Source: an uncultured Rhabdothermincola sp.
GTDB taxonomy: Bacteria > Actinomycetota > Acidimicrobiia > Acidimicrobiales > Acidimicrobilacustridaceae
NCBI GenBank assembly: GCA_964530525.1
Contig: CAZHBH010000003.1
Location: 1,002-65,001, forward strand
Length of the DNA: 64,000 bases
Direction: 5' to 3'
Part shown: piece after piece, positions 26,321 through 33,991 of the stretch
How the letters are laid out: each line of letters starts with the position of its first letter
Position numbering within the stretch: the stretch's first letter is position 1
The notes under the pieces: generated by a model
Told to the model about the DNA's origin: nothing
The model's database searches: none
What the model saw: the letters and a program-made list of their open reading frames with translations, nothing else
Program-made: the position numbers and the translations under genes

Positions 26321-26857
26321 ATGCCGTCGTTCGACTCTCGAAAGATCGGACGGTTGGCGGGCACGGCGCTGTCCTCCGTCGGCTACCGAAACCAAGCCCC
26401 CGGATTCGATCCTCGCAGCGGTGAGGGGGCACGACGTCGTGGCGGTCGGTTCAACCCGCCTCACAGCTATCCGGTCCTGTACTTGTGTACGACTCGTCCC
26501 TGCGTCGCGGCCGAGCTCACACGGCAGGCTGCGCGACAGGGCCTCAGCGTCAGCGACCTCTTGCCCCGCGAGCTTTGGGAGATCAGCGCCCCGCTCGTGA
26601 AGGTGCTCGACCTGACCGACGTGACCACGCGCGACGCGCTTGATCTGTCGACATCCGACCTCCTCCGCGACGACCACCGCTTCACCCAGGAGATCGGCGA
26701 AGCTGCCCATGAACATGGCTTCCAGGGCATCCGCTCCCCATCTGCCACTGGTGTTGATGATGTCCTCGCCGTCCTTCCCGAGAATCTCGCCGGGGTCGTG
26801 CTTGAGGTTGAACGAGTCGGAGAATGGCGAACCATCGAGGACTTCGAAGCTCTCTAG
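26321..26857 (+). CDS. RES-domain toxin (MbcT/ParT-like NAD+-targeting enzyme family)
   Basis: GGRFNPP (R), CVAAELTR (E) and GIRSPSATG (S) appear in the expected order and spacing. It sits directly downstream of the DUF2384 gene. Confidence 0.8.
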   Translation: MPSFDSRKIGRLAGTALSSVGYRNQAPGFDPRSGEGARRRGGRFNPPHSYPVLYLCTTRPCVAAELTRQAARQGLSVSDLLPRELWEISAPLVKVLDLTDVTTRDALDLSTSDLLRDDHRFTQEIGEAAHEHGFQGIRSPSATGVDDVLAVLPENLAGVVLEVERVGEWRTIEDFEAL

Positions 26858-27069
26858 TCGCTCTAGCCAGCCCTTGTTATCAGCGCTCAGTGCTTTGTGC
26901 CTGATGTGAGGTCTCCGTGTCACTCATCCCTGAGACAGCGTATATAACCCTTAGTACCCAGTACTACTCGTCCAAGCAATGTGGCCACTATTCACCCATA
27001 TAACTCTCCATTTTCCGTTGTATAAAAGGAGAAAGGACGGCACATATGCACTCTCCGAGAGTGCTATGT

Positions 27070-28505
27070 GGGACTGTCCGACTGATTGTGTAAGTGGCGT
27101 GATCTGAGGGTCCGCGGCCTAGTGCCGTGGGCCAAGGAGGATCGCTGCGATGACAACCACTACTTCTACATCGATGACACCGGCTCCCGGCAAGGGTCTG
27201 CGCCTGCCCCGTATGGTGACCAAGGTGGGCGACGAGGAAGCAATGGGCGCCTGGGCCGATGAGCTCGTCGAGCGGGCTCGAGCCGAAGGCGTGGAGCTCA
27301 CCGGCGAGGACGGGCTGTTGACGGCTCTGGTTCGCCAGGTGCTCCAGACGGGCCTGGAGATCGAGATGACCGATCACCTCGGCTACGAACGCCACGACCC
27401 CGCTGGGCGAGGGTCGGGCAACTCCCGCAACGGGGCCTATCCCAAGACCCTCATCACCGAGATCGGAAAGGTCGACCTCGCTGTTCCGAGAGATCGCAAC
27501 GGCTCCTTCGAGCCGGCCACTGTGCCCAAGGGCCAGCGCCGCCTCGACGGGCTGACGGGTAACGTCACCTCGCTCTACGCGAAGGGCCTCAGCACCGGTG
27601 ACATCCAGGCGCACCTGGCGGAGATCTACGACTGCGACATCTCCCGAGACACCATTTCGCGCATCACCGATGCGGTGCTCGAAGACCTCGTCGCCTGGCA
27701 GAACCGGCCGCTGGATCGCATCCCGGTGATCTTGATCGACGCCATCGTGGTGAAGATCCGAGACGGCGCGGTGGCCAACCGCCCGATCTACGTGGCCATG
27801 GGCATCAACCTCGACGGTGAGCGAGACGTGCTGGGACTCTGGGTCGGGCCCACCGGCGGCGAGGGAGCCAAGTTCTGGCTCAACGTGCTCACAGAGCTGC
27901 GCAACCGTGGCATCCACGACACCTTCATCGTGTGCTGTGACGGCCTCAAGGGCCTCCCCGAGTCCATCCGGGCCACCTGGCCGTTGGCCGAGGTCCAGCT
28001 CTGCGTTGTTCACCTCGTGCGCTCTTCTATCCGTTACACCTCCAAGAAGCACTGGGGCCAGGTGTGCCGCGAGATGCGAGAGATCTACACCGCTCCGACG
28101 CTTGCTGCGGCAGAGGCCCGCTTCGGCGAGTTCTCCGACACCTGGCGCGAGAGATACCCCGCCATGGTGGAGACCTGGGAGCGGTCCTGGGCCGAGTTCG
28201 TCCCGTTCTTGGACTACCCGCCCGAGCTGCGCCAGGTCGTCTACACGACCAACGCCATCGAGAGTCTCAACGCCCGGTTCCGAAAGGCCGTGCGACATCG
28301 GGGCCACTTCCCAACTGAGCAGGCGGCCTTGAAGGTCCTCTACCTCGTGGCGATCGAGAGGAGGAAGAACCGCTCCAACCCCACCGGGAGGATCAACGGC
28401 TGGAAGCCGATCCTGAACGCACTGACCATCCACTACGGCGACCGCATCACCGCAGCTGCCTGACCATGACCGTCGCGTCGCTTACACAGAGAATCGGACA
28501 GTCCC
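27070..28505 (+). mobile_element. IS256-family insertion sequence (1436 bp)
   Basis: Terminal inverted repeats are GGGACTGTCCGACTGATTGTGTAAG (27070-94) and the reverse complement of 28481-505, GGGACTGTCCGATTCTCTGTGTAAG. They match at 21 of 25 positions. A single mutator-type transposase ORF lies inside. I could not find a flanking 8-9 bp target duplication. Confidence 0.8.
27150..28463 (+). CDS. tnp: IS256-family (mutator-type) transposase
   Basis: 437-aa ORF with LLTALVRQVLQTGLEIEMTDHLGYERHD...NSRNGAYPKTL...VPRDRNGSFEP...IDAIVVKIRDG...TTNAIESLN. These are canonical IS256 transposase blocks. Confidence 0.9.
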   Translation: MTTTTSTSMTPAPGKGLRLPRMVTKVGDEEAMGAWADELVERARAEGVELTGEDGLLTALVRQVLQTGLEIEMTDHLGYERHDPAGRGSGNSRNGAYPKTLITEIGKVDLAVPRDRNGSFEPATVPKGQRRLDGLTGNVTSLYAKGLSTGDIQAHLAEIYDCDISRDTISRITDAVLEDLVAWQNRPLDRIPVILIDAIVVKIRDGAVANRPIYVAMGINLDGERDVLGLWVGPTGGEGAKFWLNVLTELRNRGIHDTFIVCCDGLKGLPESIRATWPLAEVQLCVVHLVRSSIRYTSKKHWGQVCREMREIYTAPTLAAAEARFGEFSDTWRERYPAMVETWERSWAEFVPFLDYPPELRQVVYTTNAIESLNARFRKAVRHRGHFPTEQAALKVLYLVAIERRKNRSNPTGRINGWKPILNALTIHYGDRITAAA

Positions 28506-28639
28506 GAGTATGGAAGTGGAATCGCCTGGTATTGATCTCTAGCTCCGATCTTCTCTCATCACGGAGCTGGCGAATGGTGCCCCAGAGCCGCCGATAGGGG
28601 GATGCACTCGTCTCCCAGCAGGTGGGCGCGGGTCGGCCC

Positions 28640-31600
28640 CTACCAGCCCTCGGGATGCGGGAGACCGAGGCGGATGGCCTGTTCGACAACGACTCTGATG
28701 TGCGCTGGGTCACTCCCCACTCGAAGCCGCGGCATCAGTTCGTGCAGCTGGTACCCGCCCCACCACGGCTGCTCGGTGCTGCGCATCAGGTGGCCGATCA
28801 CCCTTGCGCACGCGTCCGGTGAGTCGTCGACGCGTCGTTCCAGGTGGCGTAGGACGTCGTCGTGCTCTCGGAAGCGGCCGGGCCGGCTGGTCACGAGGTG
28901 CGCTCCTGACTCAAAGGAGTTGCCCAGGAACGGGATCCACCCCACCATCGCTGTGGCCTCCTCGAATGAGAGCTGAGTCGGAATACTGGTCAGGCGGTTG
29001 CTCCAGTACGTATGCATCCACCGGGTCCACTGGTGTTCGACCGCTTCGCCGGGCAGTTTGTCCAGGATGTTGGCGACCTTGTCGGCGAACGTGGAGCGTT
29101 CGTCGTTGCTCAGGTCCACGATGACTCCTGGCAGCCACTCCAGGGGGTCACGGTCGCTGGTGAGGGCGATCCCGGCGAGGTGGCCGAGGATCGACCCTTG
29201 GTGCTTGTCATCGAGCTCACCTAGGTGACCGACGGCCTGGAGGTAGTGATCCATGAGCCCGGCGTCGAGCATCTGATCGTTCCAACGGCCCCAGCCGGTG
29301 AAGCTGTTCCAGGCTCGGCGAGCCCGAGGTGCATCGGACCAGTCGAGGAGCGGCATCACGTTCTGGATCGTCCAGTCCGGGTCGGCTGCAAACAGGAAGT
29401 GCAGCCGACTGGCGCAGATTACTTCAGCCATCTGCGTTCGGGACTCGCCCGAGGGGCCGCCGAGCATTGCCTCGAAGGCTTCGCGGTGCTCCTCTGTCAG
29501 GCCGGACCATGTCTCTTCATCTGCTCGCCAGTCGTGTTGGATGACGTGCAGCCAGAACTCAGCGAGGTTTCCCCCCGGGTGGTTGATCGCACGGGTGAGC
29601 CAGTCGATCTCGCCGAACACGACCTCTTCGTCGGGGATCAGCTGCCAGAGCTCTCGGGCCAGTTGCCGGGCTCCGGGCACGGCTGTCCAATCGGTGGGAT
29701 ATCCCTCGGATCGACCTCCGGCTGAGAGCATCCGAGCGAGATCCCGGGTGAGGGTCGTGTGGTCGAGAGCAGCGATGCGTCTAAGGACGTCTGCAGCCGC
29801 TTTGGCATCGAGTTCAGCGCGGCTCCATCCTTTGATGACAGCTTGTGTGACTTCGGCGTCTGGTGGATCGGCGTTGAGGAGCCGGTAGCCGTCATTCGGT
29901 TCGGTCTGAACCGCCGAGGTGATGAGGGTCAAGGAATCCTCCCAGGTGGGTACGCCCTCCCAATGGCCAACGCCCCTGGTCTCCTGCAGCGTCGAGAGCA
30001 GCGATGAAGGATCAGCTTCGAGCTGTTCATGGAGGTTCTCCACAGACATGGGGGGTCTTGAGGGAACAAACCCACTCTCCATCGAATGGGTCAGATCGGG
30101 GTTTGTTCGTGCTATCCAGGTCGGATCGACTGCGTGGGCCTCCGCCAGTGCCGCTGTGATGCGAGGGTGGTCAGGGCGGGACCGGTCCATCCAGACAAGT
30201 GCGTTGAACCGTTCGTAGGGCCGGTGCTCCGACTCCTCCTCGTCTGGTTCGAACACGGCACTGATGAGCGCCTCGATCGCCTCATCTGAGGCCCCTGGGA
30301 GAGCTGCAGCGATCAGGCGGAACGCCTCGTGGCGCACCCGGTGGTTGAAAAGCCAGCCGGAGCGCACCACCCAGTCGAGCTTGGCCGAGGAGTCGACGTC
30401 GCTCCGGTGGATCCAGCCATGGATAGCCAGGCGCTGGAGGATCTGCGAGTCTGCTGTGGCCCAGGACTGCAGATACCCGATTGCGATCGGATCAGAGGCA
30501 TTGAGCAGAGCTTCAATCCCATCGCGTGCCGCGTCGATCAGTACATCGATCGGCTCGGTGTATTCGTCCTGAGGATGTGGCTCAATGGCGCTCCGGCCGA
30601 ACGAGATTACATCAAAGCTGAGACTGCCTGGGTGAGCGGCGACCTGGAGATCACTCACTCGTCGTAGGTGCCGGTCGGCCATTGCGACGACCGCATGGAC
30701 AACCTCGGAGAGGTTCGGCTTGAGGATCTGAGCCCACGCCTCCTGGAGCCAGTGATCGTCGCCACGCAGGTGAATACCGAGGCGTGGCGGGCCCAACCCG
30801 AACGAGGATGTCAGCCCCGCGGTGGGTTCGGTCAAATGATCGAACAGCAGCAGAATCTGCTCCCGGTCATCTGGCCAGGTCGAGGCATTGAGCGCGAAAT
30901 CGAACCAGTTGCGAGTTGAGGTAGGCGCATCACGGAGCAGAAGCACGAGCCAGATTCCCAGCCAACCGGGCCGAGGTGCTCCACGACGGTGAAGTTGAAA
31001 CCCGATCTCGTCGCAGATCTCAGGTCCGAGGTAGCCACCGCTCTCGCTTACAAGGCCGAGCGCACGCTCTGTGTGCTCCTCCACCATTACAAAGAACTCA
31101 ACGAACCACCTGGCAAGGGCTCGTCCAGCTTCCGAGGGCGGCGATCCTCGGGCGAGCAACATCCTGAACACGGGCTGCGTAGCCGCCCAGTCGAGCCATT
31201 CTGGTGCTCGTGCGACCTTGGTGAAGAGCCCGACCCGGTCGGGATCAGCAATCAGCTCCTCAAGGTAAGAGGTGTCCTCAGGGATCTCCGAAGGCGGAGA
31301 CGCGACCAACTCGGCGACCCGCTGGCGATGGTCGAGCAGCCCCATCCCTGCGATCTCCGCCCAGCGGGCAAGCACATCTCCGAGCGCGGCGTGCGAGCCT
31401 GCAACAACCTCGTACCCAATAGGCCGAAGGCCAAGGTCCATCCAATCCCGCGCCCCGGGCGTGTCAGTGAGTATGTATCGGTGGCCATCAGGTCCGAGTG
31501 CTCGCGCCAGGTAACGCATGACCACGTCGCCATGGCTGTAGCCGATGAACAGCACACTGAACTTGGCGAACATCCGCTCCAAGAACCGCGCCGCCCAAGC

Positions 31601-32128
31601 ATCACGCAGGTACGCCTTGCCGAAGTCACCGTCGGTCACGACAAGGCGCTCTGGGGGCTGGCAAAGGGTACCGTGCAGGTACACCAGCCCGGTGAAGTCG
31701 TTGCCCACCGGTAGTGCCGGTGCTGCGTACTCCTCGACCTCGACTCCTCTGGCATGGATCACCGATGTCAGATGCCGATCGAAGTTGGTCGTGACGATCC
31801 TTAGATGTGGCGCTGTCAGCCCAAGATCCACGACTGCTTCGTGGAGGCGGTTGTGTTGCGACCGTGGAGCTCTGAGGTGCTCCGCAACACGGAGGTGAAC
31901 ATCGACACCTCGATCCTTGATACGCCCGAGCACGACGTCCGGGTGAAGGAGGTCGCCGTCATGCAGGGCGTAGCGTGTTTCATCGGCGATCGATCTCGTC
32001 AGCCGTTGGAAATCAGGAAGGTCAGACGGGGTGTCTCGGGAGGCACCTGCGCCAACGAACAGAACAAGGCGACCTGCTCGGTGCGCGTCGACCAGCTCCG
32101 AGGGAACCTCAACGCCACCGGCCCACAC
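28640..32128 (-). CDS. 1162-aa SIR2-domain protein with long helical C-terminal region (SIR2_2 + DUF4020-like; DSR-like single-gene defence candidate)
   Basis: The N-terminal ~230 aa read RLVLFVGAGASRD, IVTTNFDRHL, LVYLHGTL and VLFIGYSHGD, which is the SIR2_2 family with catalytic Asn/His positions present. The rest is about 900 aa rich in Trp, Leu and Asp with no motif I recognise. GTG start with no obvious SD. Confidence 0.8.
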   Translation of the reverse strand: MWAGGVEVPSELVDAHRAGRLVLFVGAGASRDTPSDLPDFQRLTRSIADETRYALHDGDLLHPDVVLGRIKDRGVDVHLRVAEHLRAPRSQHNRLHEAVVDLGLTAPHLRIVTTNFDRHLTSVIHARGVEVEEYAAPALPVGNDFTGLVYLHGTLCQPPERLVVTDGDFGKAYLRDAWAARFLERMFAKFSVLFIGYSHGDVVMRYLARALGPDGHRYILTDTPGARDWMDLGLRPIGYEVVAGSHAALGDVLARWAEIAGMGLLDHRQRVAELVASPPSEIPEDTSYLEELIADPDRVGLFTKVARAPEWLDWAATQPVFRMLLARGSPPSEAGRALARWFVEFFVMVEEHTERALGLVSESGGYLGPEICDEIGFQLHRRGAPRPGWLGIWLVLLLRDAPTSTRNWFDFALNASTWPDDREQILLLFDHLTEPTAGLTSSFGLGPPRLGIHLRGDDHWLQEAWAQILKPNLSEVVHAVVAMADRHLRRVSDLQVAAHPGSLSFDVISFGRSAIEPHPQDEYTEPIDVLIDAARDGIEALLNASDPIAIGYLQSWATADSQILQRLAIHGWIHRSDVDSSAKLDWVVRSGWLFNHRVRHEAFRLIAAALPGASDEAIEALISAVFEPDEEESEHRPYERFNALVWMDRSRPDHPRITAALAEAHAVDPTWIARTNPDLTHSMESGFVPSRPPMSVENLHEQLEADPSSLLSTLQETRGVGHWEGVPTWEDSLTLITSAVQTEPNDGYRLLNADPPDAEVTQAVIKGWSRAELDAKAAADVLRRIAALDHTTLTRDLARMLSAGGRSEGYPTDWTAVPGARQLARELWQLIPDEEVVFGEIDWLTRAINHPGGNLAEFWLHVIQHDWRADEETWSGLTEEHREAFEAMLGGPSGESRTQMAEVICASRLHFLFAADPDWTIQNVMPLLDWSDAPRARRAWNSFTGWGRWNDQMLDAGLMDHYLQAVGHLGELDDKHQGSILGHLAGIALTSDRDPLEWLPGVIVDLSNDERSTFADKVANILDKLPGEAVEHQWTRWMHTYWSNRLTSIPTQLSFEEATAMVGWIPFLGNSFESGAHLVTSRPGRFREHDDVLRHLERRVDDSPDACARVIGHLMRSTEQPWWGGYQLHELMPRLRVGSDPAHIRVVVEQAIRLGLPHPEGW

Positions 32129-32256
32129 AGTCGACGATCGTAGGCTGAAAGTTCATCGTGGCCGATGAAGCCCCGACGGAACGGTAGGCCGAGAGTCCCC
32201 ACTCGGCAGGAAGATTCCCAACCCGGCACGCCACTCTGAGATAAGGAGGACCAACC

Positions 32257-32799
32257 ATGATGCACACTGACGACGACCTCATAGCCGCAGCCCACCTCAT
32301 TGCCACCGAGTGGACCGAGCTTGCCGAGATCGCTGGGCTTCTCGCTCGGTTTTCTGGTATCAGGGGGGCTGCTGAGCAGGCGTGGATGGATGCCTTCTTC
32401 GTCCACGACCGGTGCCTCATCAACTTCCTCTGCGGCGGGTACAAGGGCAGGTGGCAGGTCGACGACATCAAGCCCGCCGATTTCCTCGGCGATCTGTGGA
32501 CCCTTGAGGACGAGGACCTCGACCGTCAGCTACGCGGCCGCCTCGCCACCATCAATTCCAAGATGGCTCACCTAACGTGGAAGAACTTCACCGACGACGC
32601 GCCGATCATCTGGAACGCCGGGTCCCTTGCGCACGAAACGCACTACGCCATGGGGCTGTTCGTCGCTGCACTGGAGGCCGCAGGCCGGCCCGGGCTTGGA
32701 GTGCTCAAACAGGCCCAGGCGACAGCGCAGACCTCTCTCCCGGCTCTCCGAAAAGTCCGTCAGACCGCAGCGCCCCAAGCGCCGCTGCGGCACCAATAG
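32257..32799 (+). CDS. hypothetical protein (180 aa)
   Basis: ATGATG start 7-8 nt after a perfect AAGGAGG. Coding-like codon usage. Divergent from the SIR2 gene. No recognisable motif. Confidence 0.6.
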   Translation: MMHTDDDLIAAAHLIATEWTELAEIAGLLARFSGIRGAAEQAWMDAFFVHDRCLINFLCGGYKGRWQVDDIKPADFLGDLWTLEDEDLDRQLRGRLATINSKMAHLTWKNFTDDAPIIWNAGSLAHETHYAMGLFVAALEAAGRPGLGVLKQAQATAQTSLPALRKVRQTAAPQAPLRHQ

Positions 32800-32915
32800 C
32801 GGAGATTCCCGACGTGTCCCCGCTGTGCCGTTCGAGGTGAGCACGATGCTCGCTGGCGGCGCTGAGGCTGAGTATGGGAAAGAAATGATGGCAGCGGTTC
32901 TTCTTTGGTTTCGAA

Positions 32916-33449
32916 CTACGTGCTGCCTTGAGCCCCGATGAGTTGGAGGGCTGCGCTGGGGCTGTGGGTTTCGGTGAGGGTTCGCCAGTGGTCGACGAGG
33001 TTGTCGGGGACTTGGAGGGCGGCGTCGACGTAGTCGAGGTGGAGGTGGGGGTCTCGGCAGGTGTCGCCTGGGTTGATCGAGTAGTCGTAGGTCAGCTGCT
33101 GGAGCAGGTCCTCAGCGGTGTCGGCGACCTCGCACCACAGGCGGGCTGGCCAGGAGTCGATTCCCTTGTGGTGGATCACGTACTCCACGTAGTGGCCGAG
33201 CGTGTGGAGGGCACGCATCACTGACTCGCAGGCGGAGTCGACGCCGCCCTCGCTGAAAGTGATCGCCCAGTCGGCTCGATTCAGATCGTCGGCTGCTATA
33301 GCGGCGATGTCCCTCCCAGCGGGATCGTCGAAGTGCTGGGCGACCCTCCAGCAGGCGAGCACTAGCTCTCGGCACGTCGAGGCGATCACCTCGGGTGTCA
33401 TAGGTCCGTTCCCTGGGCCGTGACGGGGCGCTCTCGTAGAATCCGTCAT
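32916..33449 (-). CDS. hypothetical protein (177 aa)
   Basis: The ATG at 33449 lies 7 nt after a perfect AAGGAGG. Acidic and His-rich. No recognisable motif. Confidence 0.6.
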   Translation of the reverse strand: MTDSTRAPRHGPGNGPMTPEVIASTCRELVLACWRVAQHFDDPAGRDIAAIAADDLNRADWAITFSEGGVDSACESVMRALHTLGHYVEYVIHHKGIDSWPARLWCEVADTAEDLLQQLTYDYSINPGDTCRDPHLHLDYVDAALQVPDNLVDHWRTLTETHSPSAALQLIGAQGST

Positions 33450-33522
33450 GTCAGTACCTCCTTGCAGGTGCTGGCACGGGCTGGGGGGAGGGCCAACTCC
33501 CCTCAGCCCACCTTCACTTGTT

Positions 33523-33556
33523 GATCACCAAATCCTATCTCCACCATTTGGTGATC
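33523..33556. promoter_or_regulatory. perfect 11-bp inverted repeat with 12-bp spacer (candidate operator) in a divergent intergenic region
   Basis: GATCACCAAAT (33523-33) - N12 - ATTTGGTGATC (33546-56), between the start of 32916..33449(-) and the start of 33603..33788(+). Confidence 0.45.
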
Positions 33557-33602
33557 GTCAAGGGATTCAAAGGGGAGGGGAACTGCTGACTACGGTGGTG
33601 GC

Positions 33603-33788
33603 GTGAAGCTCGACCTGGTGGGCGTGGCCGAGATCGCTACTCTTCTCAGCGTCACGACGCAAAGGGTCGACCAGCTGGCTCGGACCAAGGGGTTCCCTGA
33701 GCCGGTAGCCGTCATCTCGGCCGGGCGCATCTGGCTTCTCAAGGACATCGAGCGCTGGGCGAAGCAGACCGGCCGCTCTCCCGGCTGA
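33603..33788 (+). CDS. small HTH DNA-binding protein (excisionase/AlpA-like, HTH_17-type)
   Basis: The 61-aa product reads VAEIATLLSVTTQRVDQLARTKGFPEPVAVISAGRIWLLKDIERWAKQ, a pattern of HTH followed by a conserved W. The start codon is uncertain (several in-frame GTGs). Confidence 0.6.
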   Translation: MKLDLVGVAEIATLLSVTTQRVDQLARTKGFPEPVAVISAGRIWLLKDIERWAKQTGRSPG

Positions 33789-33862
33789 AGCATCCCTGGC
33801 CCTAGCCAGCCCGACCTCCACTCGTCGCGCGCAGCCGGTACGGGCCTTCTGATCCGGCAATC

Positions 33863-33891
33863 CTCCCCGTGCTCTCCCCGTAGCCTCCCCG
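33863..33891 (+). promoter_or_regulatory. putative integrase arm-type sites (tRNA-proximal end)
   Basis: CTCCCCGT occurs three times with exact 11-bp phasing, starting at 33863, 33874 and 33885. The motif and strand are the same as the pair at 19328/19339. Confidence 0.4.
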
Positions 33892-33946
33892 TGAACGAGG
33901 GGAAATCGAGGTCAGAAGGGGTGAACGGCGGTTACCAGCGGCGAAG

Positions 33947-33976
33947 CTCTGACCAGGGTGTTTATCCTGGTCAGAG
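33947..33976 (-). terminator. hairpin immediately 3' of tRNA-Arg
   Basis: CTCTGACCAGG-GTGTTTAT-CCTGGTCAGAG. The 11-bp stems are the same as in DR1 and DR2 but the loop differs. It lies 15 nt downstream of the tRNA 3' end on the minus strand. Confidence 0.5.
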
Positions 33977-33991
33977 CCAATCTCTGCACTG

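Noticed and set aside
27061-28514. A target-site duplication for the IS256-family element.
   Set aside because: The 8-9 bp on either side (GTGCTATGT / GAGTATGGA) do not match under any end definition I tried, so no duplication is claimed.
28640-32128. Assigning the SIR2 protein to Thoeris (ThsA), SIR2-HerA or a SIR2-Argonaute system.
   Set aside because: There is no TIR/ThsB, HerA-type ATPase or pAgo gene adjacent on either side. The neighbours are an IS256 and a small unknown gene.
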